A stretch of 64,000 nt of DNA from Nostoc sp. DedSLP01. GTDB taxonomy: Bacteria > Cyanobacteriota > Cyanobacteriia > Cyanobacteriales > Nostocaceae. Position 1 is the first letter of the stretch, and each line of letters begins with the position of its first letter. The notes below the pieces were generated by a model, which worked only from the letters and a program-made list of their open reading frames with translations, was not told the DNA's origin and searched no databases. The DNA lies in the NCBI GenBank assembly GCA_034530875.2, contig JAVRCJ020000023.1, positions 32,001-96,000 of the forward strand. The letters run 5' to 3'. Below are positions 1 to 9,683 of this stretch, piece after piece. Position numbers and translations under genes: made by a program.

Positions 1-219
1 GGAACAGGTACATCTGTGCGTCGAATAGCAGTTTTGTACAAACAAGGTTACAATGCAGAAGAAATTGCCAGACGGCTGGATCATTTGACAATAGTTCAAA
101 TCTATGCCGCTTTAACTTATTATCACGCTAACCGAGAAGAGATTGATACAGATTTAGCAGAAGAACAAGCAGCTTATGAGCAGTTAGCAGCACTCCACTA
201 TGGTCAAAAGCAGAGTTAA
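1..219 (+). CDS. DUF433-family antitoxin-like protein, 5'-truncated by window edge
   Basis: Frame is open from base 1 (GTGTSVRRIAVLYKQGYNAEEIA...LTIVQIYAALTYY), a DUF433 HTH pattern; lies directly upstream of a DUF5615 gene. Confidence 0.8.
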   Translation, partial: GTGTSVRRIAVLYKQGYNAEEIARRLDHLTIVQIYAALTYYHANREEIDTDLAEEQAAYEQLAALHYGQKQS

Positions 220-221
220 CA

Positions 222-587
222 GTGAGTGTGATTCGCCTGTACCTAGATGAAGATGCAATGGACGCTGACTTGCTTGATGCTCTGCGACTGTGCGATGTCG
301 ATGTAATCACTGTTGCACAAGTAGGGATGCTATCTCGTAGTGATGCAGAGCAATTACAGTGGGCGTTTGTGAATAATCGTGTGATTTATAGCTTTAATAT
401 TAGGGACTTTTATCGGTTGCATACAATCTTTGTAGAACGCGGAGAATCCCACGCTGGCATTATTTTATGGCAACAAAATTATACTATTGGCGAGCAAATG
501 CGCCGCCTTCTGAGGTTAATTGCAGCTAAGTCAGCAGAGGATATGCAAAATCAGGTGGAATTTTTAAATGCTTGGGGTGAAGAATAG
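222..587 (+). CDS. DUF5615 PIN-like protein (putative toxin of DUF433/DUF5615 pair)
   Basis: RLYLDED N-terminus, SDAEQL, SFNIRDF and HAGII motifs; 2 bp after the DUF433 gene. Confidence 0.8.
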   Translation: MSVIRLYLDEDAMDADLLDALRLCDVDVITVAQVGMLSRSDAEQLQWAFVNNRVIYSFNIRDFYRLHTIFVERGESHAGIILWQQNYTIGEQMRRLLRLIAAKSAEDMQNQVEFLNAWGEE

Positions 588-670
588 TTTTTCATTCTTG
601 TCACGAATTGGCAAGGTTATGACTAGCATTAATATGTTCAATCAATACTGTGCTAGTTACCCGAAATCCT

Positions 671-701
671 TGTAGAGACGTAGCATTGCTACGTCTCTAC
701 A
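671..701. repeat. Dispersed palindromic repeat TGTAGAGACGTAGCA-N-TGCTACGTCTCTACA
   Basis: Perfect 15-bp arms; near-identical copies at 16637-16667 and 48046-48076, a variant at 24727-24755, a degenerate copy at 62353-62380. Confidence 0.9.
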
Positions 702-791
702 TTTATTTTCATTGCTACGTTTATACATTTATTTTCATCAGATGTCTATCATAGAGAGGCGATTCATCGCGTCTCAATTAGCCATCAAATT

Positions 792-1565
792 TCAAGCTGA
801 TTTAAAAAACCGAATAATTTCCCGCACATTATCGAGAAATTGTCCGTCAGTGGAAAGTTGCGCGATCGCATTTCTCGCTTCTCTGCTTAAACGTTCGTGT
901 TCTGTTTGATTTGTAGCGCGTAATTCTTCTAAATTAGCAGCAATTCGCGCTAAATCTCTGCGAGTTTCTTCAGCAAAACGCTGTTGAGTTGCTGGCAATG
1001 AAGAGGGTTCTTCTGGATTAAGTCGATCCTCTAAAGATTGCACTTTTTGTTCTAAAGTGGAAAAGCGATCGCGCAGTTCAACAATATCTTCGCGGGGATA
1101 CTTCCATTCTTGGCGAATCATCGCTAACCGCGCATACAAATATTCATAAGCCCGAATCGCCGGACGCAGAATTGTTAATAATAAGGCTGCACCAGAACTG
1201 ACATATCCTACTTGGCTAATACCAGTGGCAGCAAGAGTATAAAGACCAATAGCTGAGAGTATGTGTAAAGCAATGGCAACCCAAAGCGATCGCTTTGCTA
1301 ATACTGTGACATAATTCACCTGTTTGCGATCGACTGGAATTCCTTTCTCAGTAGATTGTGCTGCTTCTGCTAAAACTTCTTTAGCTTGAAAATGCACGTT
1401 CCACGGTACCGTCACAATTACCAACAGCCACCAAAAACTCGCGCCAGCAATTACCCAATCGAGAAAATTACCAGTAGGTAAGTGCAACCATTGCATTAAG
1501 CCAAAAGCAGCTAGCACTACAACCGCAATGCTAGCAATAGAACTGATAAAAAAATTAATATACAT
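792..1565 (-). CDS. Hypothetical membrane protein (about 4 TM segments plus C-terminal coiled coil)
   Basis: 257-aa ORF; hydrophobic N-terminal half, charged heptad-like C-terminus; GGAGA RBS upstream. Confidence 0.75.
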   Translation of the reverse strand: MYINFFISSIASIAVVVLAAFGLMQWLHLPTGNFLDWVIAGASFWWLLVIVTVPWNVHFQAKEVLAEAAQSTEKGIPVDRKQVNYVTVLAKRSLWVAIALHILSAIGLYTLAATGISQVGYVSSGAALLLTILRPAIRAYEYLYARLAMIRQEWKYPREDIVELRDRFSTLEQKVQSLEDRLNPEEPSSLPATQQRFAEETRRDLARIAANLEELRATNQTEHERLSREARNAIAQLSTDGQFLDNVREIIRFFKSA

Positions 1566-1598
1566 ATTGCTTAGTCTCCGATAAAACCATAATGTAAA

Positions 1599-1906
1599 AA
1601 TTCAGGAGTCAGAATTCAGAATTTAGAATTCAGAATTTATAAGAGGGTGTTGAGAAAGTATGAATATTCTTACACCATTATTTCGATGGTGACTATGACT
1701 CAGCAGTTCTACTCAAATAATTGTGATACTTTTTCTAGTTGCACACCCGATCTTTTAGATGAAATAGGTACGCTAAGGTGCTTAAATACCTTTGCTACAT
1801 TTTTGTAAAAATTAGTAACATAAGTGCTTGTGATGGTTTTTCTAGCTGCACATATAGCAGAATTCTGTTAGCGTAGCGGGGCGTAGCCCATTCTGACTCC
1901 TGAATT
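1599..1906. repeat. Inverted repeat pair AATTCAGGAGTCAGAAT / ATTCTGACTCCTGAATT with AGAATTC heptamer arrays
   Basis: 17-bp perfect inverted repeat at 1599-1615 and 1890-1906. Confidence 0.7.
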
Positions 1907-1917
1907 CTGAATTCCGA

Positions 1918-2343
1918 TCAATTAATGAGATAACTACGCCAAACTAGTTTGGCATTTTTACCACCCTTGTCTGGAAGCAGTAATCGCCAGGTTTTACCTT
2001 CTTGCTGAATTTGCAGGTAAAGTTCAAAAGGTTTTTTGGCTTGCGTGAGGCTTCGTTTTGGTAGCTTGACAATCAAATCGTAAGTTCCTCGGACGCGGAA
2101 AGCTGGTAAATTTTCAATGTTTAGGGGTTGTTCTTGGGTAATTGATAACCGCTTGATTTCAAATCCTTGAAAATCTAGATCTAACTGCTGGTTAAGCTTT
2201 TGTTGAGTTTGTTCTAGCTCAAACGCGATCGCTTTTTGCACTAACTCGCTAGTTGGTACTAGTCCAATAGTGCCACAAGCTGTCACTAGTAGCAGCAATA
2301 TTACTGTCAAAACTAACCGCACCATGTTTTTCTGAAATCCCAC
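1918..2343 (-). CDS. Hypothetical lipoprotein
   Basis: Hydrophobic signal ending LLVTAC (lipobox-like); true start may be the internal Met (MVRLV). Confidence 0.7.
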   Translation of the reverse strand: MGFQKNMVRLVLTVILLLLVTACGTIGLVPTSELVQKAIAFELEQTQQKLNQQLDLDFQGFEIKRLSITQEQPLNIENLPAFRVRGTYDLIVKLPKRSLTQAKKPFELYLQIQQEGKTWRLLLPDKGGKNAKLVWRSYLIN

Positions 2344-2504
2344 TTTTTGGCGATAGTATAGCAGGAGGCAGGGGGCAGGGGGCAGGAGGCAGGGAAAGAA
2401 ATTTTATTAAGTTGTTATCATCCCTTAATTCAGCAACGCCAGAGTTCCTTGTTCTCTGTTCGCTATCTCCACAAATAAATTTAATTTTGCGCGACTACTT
2501 AATT

Positions 2505-3578
2505 ATGCTCATTCAACTCGAACCCCGTGGTGTGCCTTCAAAAATATGGCAGATTTTGTCGCCTCTAGTTGCACTACTCGGAACGGTAATTATAGGATTT
2601 TTCCTCTTTAGTTTATTGGGTAAGCCGCCTGTAGTTGCTTTACAAACTTTATTAATTTCGCCTTTAACTAGCTTTTATGGATTCTCAGAATTAACGATCA
2701 AAGCCACACCAATTTTATTAATTGGTGTTGGTTTATCGGTGTGTTTTCAAGGTAAAGTGTGGAATATTGGTGCAGAAGGACAGTTTACTATCGGTGCGAT
2801 TTTTGGAAGTGCGATCGCTCTGGGATTTCCTAATATTAATAATTACGGTTTATTGCTATTGAGCTTGATAGCTGGCGTATTGGGCGGTGGAATTTGGGCA
2901 AGTATTTCTGCTTGGTTAAAGGTGCGATTTCATGCTAATGAAATTCTCACAAGTTTAATGTTAAATTATATCGCAACTTCGCTATTAAACTATTTAGTAC
3001 ACGGGCCATTAAAAGACCCTCAGGGATTTAACTTTCCTGAATCTGCAACCTTTACAGAATTTGCTAGTTTACAACCATTAATTCCTGGTACGAGGTTGCA
3101 TTTGGGTGTAATTTTCGCCGTTGTAGTAGCAGTATTAATGTGGGGAGTACTGCGACAAACGTTTTTTGGTTTCAGCGTGCGGGTAATTGGTGCTAGTGCT
3201 AAGGCTGCGGTATATGCTGGAATAGAGAGCGATCGCATTATTTGGCTAACTCTTTTAATTAGCGGTGGGTTAGCAGGTTTAGCTGGCGTCTGCGAAGTTC
3301 TTGGCCCTATTGGTCAACTACGTCCTACTATTTCACCCGGTTACGGTTATACTGCCATTATTGCTGCTTTTATTGGCAGGTTAAATCCATTGGGTATGAT
3401 TTTATCCAGTTTACTTATAGCACTTTTGTATGTAGGCAGCGAATTAGTGCAGATTAAATTAGGACTTCCTTTAGCTTTAGCTGGAATGTTTCAAGGTATT
3501 TTATTCTTTTTTCTTTTAGCAACAGATATATTAATTTACAACCAAATAAAAATTAAGTCAAAGCTACAATCAAATTAA
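2505..3578 (+). CDS. ABC transporter permease, nucleoside/sugar (BPD_transp_2) type, subunit 1
   Basis: WNIGAEGQF, ANEILTSLMLNY, SGGLAGLAG and GYGYTAI motifs; ATG 2505 preferred over TTG 2412. Confidence 0.88.
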   Translation: MLIQLEPRGVPSKIWQILSPLVALLGTVIIGFFLFSLLGKPPVVALQTLLISPLTSFYGFSELTIKATPILLIGVGLSVCFQGKVWNIGAEGQFTIGAIFGSAIALGFPNINNYGLLLLSLIAGVLGGGIWASISAWLKVRFHANEILTSLMLNYIATSLLNYLVHGPLKDPQGFNFPESATFTEFASLQPLIPGTRLHLGVIFAVVVAVLMWGVLRQTFFGFSVRVIGASAKAAVYAGIESDRIIWLTLLISGGLAGLAGVCEVLGPIGQLRPTISPGYGYTAIIAAFIGRLNPLGMILSSLLIALLYVGSELVQIKLGLPLALAGMFQGILFFFLLATDILIYNQIKIKSKLQSN

Positions 3579-3597
3579 GAATGAAAAAATCTTAGTG

Positions 3598-3762
3598 ATG
3601 ATAGCTACAACCCAACAACTGCCAAAAATGACTGTTGAGTGTTACTCTCGGGGAAAACGAAGAATGTGGTTTTACTATCCTTACACAACTGGAGACATCA
3701 TTACTTTATCAAGTATTGAATTTGAGTTTCCTATAGAATTACTCTATGAAAGTATGGTATGA
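3598..3762 (+). pseudogene. Internally deleted Uma2-family endonuclease remnant (54 aa)
   Basis: Translates MIATTQQLPKMTVE-CYSRGKRRMWFYYPYTTGDIITLSSIEFEFPIELLYESMV: a Uma2-like N-terminus joined directly to a Uma2-like C-terminus, catalytic core missing. Confidence 0.6.
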
Positions 3763-4052
3763 GACACATAACTCTAAGTGTTTGTTTTAATACATAATTT
3801 TCCTTGGGATGGTGTGAAGTGCAAGGCAAACGCGACAGGCAAGCAAAAGGCTTATAAAAGATTAAAGTATAGAGATTTTTTTCACATAATTAAATACTCT
3901 TCCCATAAAATAATTCAAGAGTTAGAATCCAGCTTGAGTTAAAAATTAAGAGTGCTATGGATTGTTGAGTTTCTGGAAACTATTACGCTTGGGTATTAAA
4001 TTCTTTTGCATGATGACTGAGAAATGACCGATAAAAAATTAAGAGATTAAGG

Positions 4053-4967
4053 ATGTTTAATGTGTTAAATCAAAAATTATCTTTAACATTAAAATTGATA
4101 ATCGTAACATTAGTTACTGGTGCTACTAGTTTAGGTATGAGCCTGCTTTTAGGTACTATCAAACTTGATTATCTATTAGGAATTCAACCCCCAAAAACCG
4201 AGAGTAAAAAAGTCAGCTTAGAGAAAGCAATGAGCGCATCTGCACAAGCTTTTTCATTAACAACAACTCAAATCAGTGAAGTACCCGAACGATTTCAGGG
4301 GACAGTTATTTCTCAAGCAAATCTCAAACCAAACGAAAAAGCGATCGCCCTGACTTTTGATGATGGCCCCAGCCCTAAAAATACTGCACAGATATTAGAG
4401 ATTTTGGAAAAAAATCATATTAAAGCGACGTTCTTTATGATTGGGCAAATGGTGAAATATTTTCCCCAAGTTGCCAAACAAGTTGCAGCTGATGGCGAGG
4501 TAATTGCTAACCATACATGGCATCATTCTTATCGTCACATGGACGTAGCTACTGCCGCTAGTGAAATAAATAATACAGCAGACATCATTTATCAGACTAC
4601 GGGAGTGAAAACTACTCTCTTTCGTCCCCCTGGCGGCTTCTTGAATAATGGATTAGTTGATTATGCAAAAAGTCATAAGTATGCCGTCATCATGTGGTCA
4701 GAAGTTTTAGGAGATGCCGACCGTCGAGTACCTCAAGTGCCAACGATGGTCAAAAATGTACTAAAAAATGCCAAACCAGGGGCAATTGTCCTCATGCATG
4801 ATGGTGGCGGAAATCGTTCTCGAACTGTGCAAGCTTTACCGCTAATTATCGATGGTTTAAAGGCGCAAGGTTATAAATTTGTCACAATACCAGAACTACT
4901 GGAAATACAAGCCCAAGAAAATAATTTGGTCACAGCAGGTTCGCGCAAATTAAAAAGTAAACACTAA
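4053..4967 (+). CDS. Polysaccharide deacetylase (CE4/NodB homology), N-terminal TM anchor
   Basis: ALTFDDGP, NHTWHH, FRPPGG and IVLMHDGGG motifs. Confidence 0.92.
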   Translation: MFNVLNQKLSLTLKLIIVTLVTGATSLGMSLLLGTIKLDYLLGIQPPKTESKKVSLEKAMSASAQAFSLTTTQISEVPERFQGTVISQANLKPNEKAIALTFDDGPSPKNTAQILEILEKNHIKATFFMIGQMVKYFPQVAKQVAADGEVIANHTWHHSYRHMDVATAASEINNTADIIYQTTGVKTTLFRPPGGFLNNGLVDYAKSHKYAVIMWSEVLGDADRRVPQVPTMVKNVLKNAKPGAIVLMHDGGGNRSRTVQALPLIIDGLKAQGYKFVTIPELLEIQAQENNLVTAGSRKLKSKH

Positions 4968-4993
4968 AAGATAAGGTTTTTCAGCACCTAGTA

Positions 4994-5139
4994 ATACCAA
5001 TTTGAAAAAAGAATGCGACAGATACACAGTTCTAAACTCTTGTCCTGTCTAAATTATTAATTTTGAATTTTGTTAGCGCAGCGTTAGCGAGTCCTGTCTG
5101 CGACACGCTACGCGAACGAGCGTCATTTTGAATTGGTAT
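4994..5139. mobile_element. MITE-like element (146 bp)
   Basis: Terminal inverted repeat ATACCAATT / AATTGGTAT, non-coding interior. Confidence 0.5.
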
Positions 5140-5186
5140 AAGCTGGTCTAGAACAATCAGTTCTGTTCCTTGTTTTTCACAAATTA

Positions 5187-6113
5187 ATGAATATTCAAAC
5201 AATCAGCTTAATCGTTAGCGATAGCATTCGGGCAGCTACACCTCTAATTTTTGCAGCATTAGGTGAATTAGTGACTGAAAAATCAGGGGTGTTAAACCTG
5301 GGTGTTGAGGGAATGATGCTGGTTGGGGCTGTGGCTGGTTTTATTACTACTTCAGTTACAGGTAATATTTACTTGGGATTATCGATCGCATTACTATCAG
5401 GAATAGCGATCGCTCTGATTCATGCCTTATTAACAATTACTATAGCTGCCAACCAAGTGGCGACGGGTTTAGCCCTGAGTATTTTTGGTTCGGGACTCAG
5501 CGCTTTTGTTGGTGCGGGTTATGTAGGTAAAACAATTAGCGGACTGCAACCTGTTGACATCCCAATTTTCCAATCGATTCCGCTTTTGGGTAAAGTTTTA
5601 TTTCATCAAGATATTTTGGTGTATGTTTCAGTTGTCTTAACGATCCTAGTGTCGTGGTTTTTGCAGAGTACGCGGACTGGTTTAGTGTTGCGGAGTATTG
5701 GCGAGTCGCCTGATGCGGCTGATGCTTTGGGTTTAGCTGTTAGCAGAGTTCGATATTTAGCGGTAATGTTTGGTGGGGCGATGGCTGGGTTGGCGGGGGG
5801 TTATCTGTCTCTTGCATATACGCCGCTATGGACAGAAAATATGACTAGCGGACGAGGATGGATTGCGATCGCATTAGTTGTGTTTGCGACATGGAAAGCT
5901 GAAAGAATCCTTCTCGGTGCATACTTATTTGGTGGCGTTGGCGCCATACAATTAATGCTTCAAGGATTAGGAGTTGATATCTCTCCTTATCTTTTATCTT
6001 GTTTGCCTTACTTGGCTACTATCTTAGTTTTGGTGTTGATTTCACGGGACGATACACGTATAAAACTCGAGACACCTGCATCGTTAGGACAACCTTTTAG
6101 ATCTAGTCATTAG
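5187..6113 (+). CDS. ABC transporter permease, nucleoside/sugar (BPD_transp_2) type, subunit 2
   Basis: EKSGVLNLGVEGMM, ANQVATGLAL, GESPDAADALG, GRGWIAIALV and PASLGQPF motifs. Confidence 0.9.
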   Translation: MNIQTISLIVSDSIRAATPLIFAALGELVTEKSGVLNLGVEGMMLVGAVAGFITTSVTGNIYLGLSIALLSGIAIALIHALLTITIAANQVATGLALSIFGSGLSAFVGAGYVGKTISGLQPVDIPIFQSIPLLGKVLFHQDILVYVSVVLTILVSWFLQSTRTGLVLRSIGESPDAADALGLAVSRVRYLAVMFGGAMAGLAGGYLSLAYTPLWTENMTSGRGWIAIALVVFATWKAERILLGAYLFGGVGAIQLMLQGLGVDISPYLLSCLPYLATILVLVLISRDDTRIKLETPASLGQPFRSSH

Positions 6114-6557
6114 TCATTGGTCATTGGGTTAGTGTAAATTATTGGTGCTGATAAAAAAATAAATAAAATGTAAAAGAAAAATATTTTAACTTTACTTTTT
6201 AACCTTTTTTCAAAATAAAATTCTGAGTTAAAAATTCTTAACCTACTAATATTGAAATGCGATCGCACTTACATAATATGCGTGAATAGACTCGCGATTG
6301 ACGTTAAATTATCGAAGAATTTGACGCTAGAACTTGCAAAATTGAGTTTGAGTAATTTTCATTAATCGAAAAACTATAGCATAAACTTTAGATTTTCTCA
6401 TATCAACTTTAGGCTTAACTAAATACTATTTCAATCTATTAAAAGAGCGAATTTTTTCAATGACTTTTGATGAGATAACCTCTATCTGGGGAGCGATTTA
6501 GCTGATGAGTCAAATGAAGTAAATATAGAAAACAAAAGCAAACGGACATTGTATTCT

Positions 6558-7001
6558 ATGAAACGGGATTATTTTACAAAAGGGCTTTCCACTGTAGGAC
6601 GTTGGATAGCTACAACATTGTTTTGTGTATCTGCGATCGCTTTTATTTGGCATGGTGCATTTGTTGTAAACGCTTCAGCAATGGCTAGCCCTGCAACAAA
6701 CTTGATTGCATCTGCTGATGTTGACGATGCTAAAGGCAAAGCTAAAGAAGATCTTGGACGAACCAAGGGTTTCGTGCAAGAGACACGAGACAAGCTAAAG
6801 GAAACAGCAAACACTAATGCTAATAAAGTAGACAACGCAACAGATAACGGTAGCTTTGTCGGCCGCAAAGCACAAAGAGATGCAGCTCGAATCGAGAAAA
6901 GAGCAGACGAAGATGCAGCTCGCACACAAAAAGCAATAGACAATACCAAGAATGTTGTTGAACGCGCTGCTGATAGCATTAAAGATGCTTTTAGCAAATA
7001 G
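6558..7001 (+). CDS. Hypothetical secreted/membrane-anchored hydrophilic helical protein (LEA/stress-like)
   Basis: N-terminal hydrophobic segment followed by an A/D/K/E-rich helical region. Confidence 0.65.
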   Translation: MKRDYFTKGLSTVGRWIATTLFCVSAIAFIWHGAFVVNASAMASPATNLIASADVDDAKGKAKEDLGRTKGFVQETRDKLKETANTNANKVDNATDNGSFVGRKAQRDAARIEKRADEDAARTQKAIDNTKNVVERAADSIKDAFSK

Positions 7002-7049
7002 ATAATAGTTGCAGCTGTTGACTGTTAACAGCGGTCATCATACAAAAAT

Positions 7050-7096
7050 AAAAAGTCTAAAGGTAAAACAAAGAACTCTTATCCTTTAGGCTTTTT
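7050..7096. terminator. Probable bidirectional terminator
   Basis: AAAAAGTCTAAAGG...CCTTTAGGCTTTTT inverted repeat between convergent genes. Confidence 0.55.
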
Positions 7097-7157
7097 GCTC
7101 ATAGTAGAATTCAGGAATCATCAAACAAGACAAGCCGATTTACCCTTGCCCTGTTGC

Positions 7158-9107
7158 TCATCCTCCAACATGAATACCAGGACGCATTTCCGGATCTTTT
7201 TCAGCGCGACGGACTACTTCACGGGTAAGAACGGCAATATCGCCTTCACCAAATAGAATAAAACGCAGTAAGTATTGGATGGGGTTTCCCTCTACCCAGC
7301 CGAAGTAAGCATGGGGAATCTTACCTGTTCGATCGCGAATGTACAATAATAAAGCAGCGATCGCATTGGGTACTGCTGCACTTTGGGCGCGGAGAATGCG
7401 GTAATTGCCAACTTGTACGCCTTTGACTTTAATCACCTCAGCAAATTCCGAAGCATCCGACACCATAATCTCTAAAAAGAGAATTGGATCGTCGGCTGGA
7501 ATATGATTGTCTTCACGCACTTCTCTTTCTTTGAAAGAATACTCTTCGACATCGCCTGTATTTAACCGGTTGGCAATTATTCGTATTGCTCCCTGGCTTT
7601 CTTCAGCAATGAATTGACTGGCTATATCATCAACTTCAATTCGCTCGACTCGCAGTTCAGTGGAACGCCAAACGCGAGAAATCAATGAAGTGCAAATGAT
7701 TGCACCAATAAAACATGCAGCAATGCGAATCCCTTCTGGTCTTTCGATAATATTAACAACAGTGGTATATACAAATAACACTGTAATAGTTCCAAAGATG
7801 AAGGTTGCGCGTTTCTCTCGATGACGGCGAGCTGATAAAGTCACGGCAAAGGCGGCTGAGGTAATCAACACCAACACACCAGTTGCATAAGCCCCGCCTT
7901 GAGCTTCCACATTTGCCCGAAAGATAATTGTGACGACAAAGGCGATCGCTGTATAGACTAACACTAAAGGCCGGCTGACTAATGCCCAATTTGGTGCCAT
8001 GCCATAGCGCGGCAAGTAACGAGGCACAATATTTAACAGCCCTGCCATTGCCGATGCACCTGCAAACCACAAAATCGAAATCGTGCTTAAATCGTAAATT
8101 GTGCCAAAGGTATTACCAAGATAAAGGTGTGCCAAATAAGCAAGGGCGCGTCCGTTGGCTTTGCCTCCCTCAGCAAATTCGGGAGCCGGAATTAGCAGAC
8201 TAGTTATAAAACTGCTGGTGAGTAAAAAGAAGCTCATAATCAGAGCAGCAGTAGTAAGCAGCTTGCGTGTATTTTGAATCCTGGCTCTGGGATACCCTGG
8301 AGTATCGCTGCTGCTACCTTTGACGAGGGGCATCACTGTCACGCCAGTTTCAAAGCCTGATAACCCTAGCGCTAACTTAGGAAATACCAAAAGAGCTAGA
8401 CCGATTAGGAGGAAAGGATTAGAATTGCGGGCAAACAATGCAGTTTGCCAGTTAGCGATCGCTTCTGTGTGAATTAAAATCTGAAACAGTCCAACGCTGA
8501 CCACAATCAAGTTTAACAGCAGATAAACTGCCACCAAAAACACTGCAATCCCGATCGCTTCTTTAAAACCTCGCAAGAAAACTGCGCCTAGTAGGGCAAT
8601 TAATACCAGAGTAATAGCGATGGTTTGATTGTGAAGCCAATTTGCAGCCAGCGGATTTTCAATGATATGGGCTGTGGCATCAGCCGCCGATAGGGTAATT
8701 GTGATAATAAAATCGGTAGCCACAAATCCCAGTAAGCACAGTACGAGTAATTTGCCTTGCCACCAGGAAAGCAAACGCTCTAACATAGCGATCGAGCCTT
8801 CCCCGTGATGACTTTCGGCAGCAATGCGCCGATAGATAGGCAATGCACCAAACAGCGTTAGCAAAACTAGAATCAGCGTCGCCACAGGAGAAAGAGCGCC
8901 AGCCGCTAGTGCTGCAATCCCAGGTTGATAGCCAAGGGTCGAGAAATAATCTACGCCAGTCAAGCACATCACTTGCCACCAAGGATGCTGGCGATGCGAT
9001 TCTTCTTTGGGATGAGACCCTTGCCGCCTTCGCCTATTTTCTTCCAGCAACCAGCGCATGAACTGTTTGCTGAGCCGTTTTTTTGAAAAAATTGATTTAG
9101 CCATCAA
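7158..9107 (-). CDS. APC-superfamily (amino acid/K+ permease-like) transporter
   Basis: 649 aa, about 12 TM segments, [15 protein letters not shown] and LSGFETGV motifs, soluble C-terminal domain. Confidence 0.8.
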   Translation of the reverse strand: MMAKSIFSKKRLSKQFMRWLLEENRRRRQGSHPKEESHRQHPWWQVMCLTGVDYFSTLGYQPGIAALAAGALSPVATLILVLLTLFGALPIYRRIAAESHHGEGSIAMLERLLSWWQGKLLVLCLLGFVATDFIITITLSAADATAHIIENPLAANWLHNQTIAITLVLIALLGAVFLRGFKEAIGIAVFLVAVYLLLNLIVVSVGLFQILIHTEAIANWQTALFARNSNPFLLIGLALLVFPKLALGLSGFETGVTVMPLVKGSSSDTPGYPRARIQNTRKLLTTAALIMSFFLLTSSFITSLLIPAPEFAEGGKANGRALAYLAHLYLGNTFGTIYDLSTISILWFAGASAMAGLLNIVPRYLPRYGMAPNWALVSRPLVLVYTAIAFVVTIIFRANVEAQGGAYATGVLVLITSAAFAVTLSARRHREKRATFIFGTITVLFVYTTVVNIIERPEGIRIAACFIGAIICTSLISRVWRSTELRVERIEVDDIASQFIAEESQGAIRIIANRLNTGDVEEYSFKEREVREDNHIPADDPILFLEIMVSDASEFAEVIKVKGVQVGNYRILRAQSAAVPNAIAALLLYIRDRTGKIPHAYFGWVEGNPIQYLLRFILFGEGDIAVLTREVVRRAEKDPEMRPGIHVGG

Positions 9108-9356
9108 ATACGTTTATGTTGCAAAAGTCAAAGTAACTGATAATATCTTTACTTTTCTTTGTGCGCTCTCTTGGAATACAAGAGTGCTGAGTTATGGAGT
9201 TATTATTTGCCTCCTTGTTTACCCAGTTCCTGAAGAATTATTTGCCAACAATTTTACCTACGTTGGCACGACAAAGCTAACTGTTATTGTCCCACTTTTA
9301 AGAGCCAGTTTCCTCAATCAGCCGATTGCTGTACGTAGCTGTTTGTTATCAAGAAA

Positions 9357-9402
9357 GGCAGGAGGCAGGGGGCAGGGGGCAGGGGGCAGGAGGCAGGGGG
9401 CA
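9357..9402. repeat. STRR heptamer array (GGCAGG[A/G])
   Basis: Tandem GGCAGGA/GGCAGGG; related arrays near 2364, 21327, 40769, 46345, 52400, 53255 and 54790. Confidence 0.85.
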
Positions 9403-9683
9403 GTCCCGATGAAATAAGTTTCATCGCCAAGAATGAAAGTATCTTTCTCCCCTTGCTTCCGCTGCCTCCCCTGCTCCCCCTGCTTTTTCAAGCTAGGGGG
9501 CAGGAGAAAAAAGCTTAACTCAACGGTATTGCACCATAACACTACAATCAGAAACAAGCAAATACTGACCTTGGTATTGCAAGTATATTGCAATACCAAT
9601 CTGGCTGGACTATCAAAAAGCTGAAAAGCTTACAGAACAAGGTTGAAAGCTGCTCCCTACCTCCCCACCACAATAAAATCTGT

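Noticed and set aside
9110..9350. c-di-AMP (ydaO) riboswitch upstream of the APC transporter
   Set aside because: The minus strand does not show the consensus segments; only a short TGCCAAC/GTTGGCA hairpin
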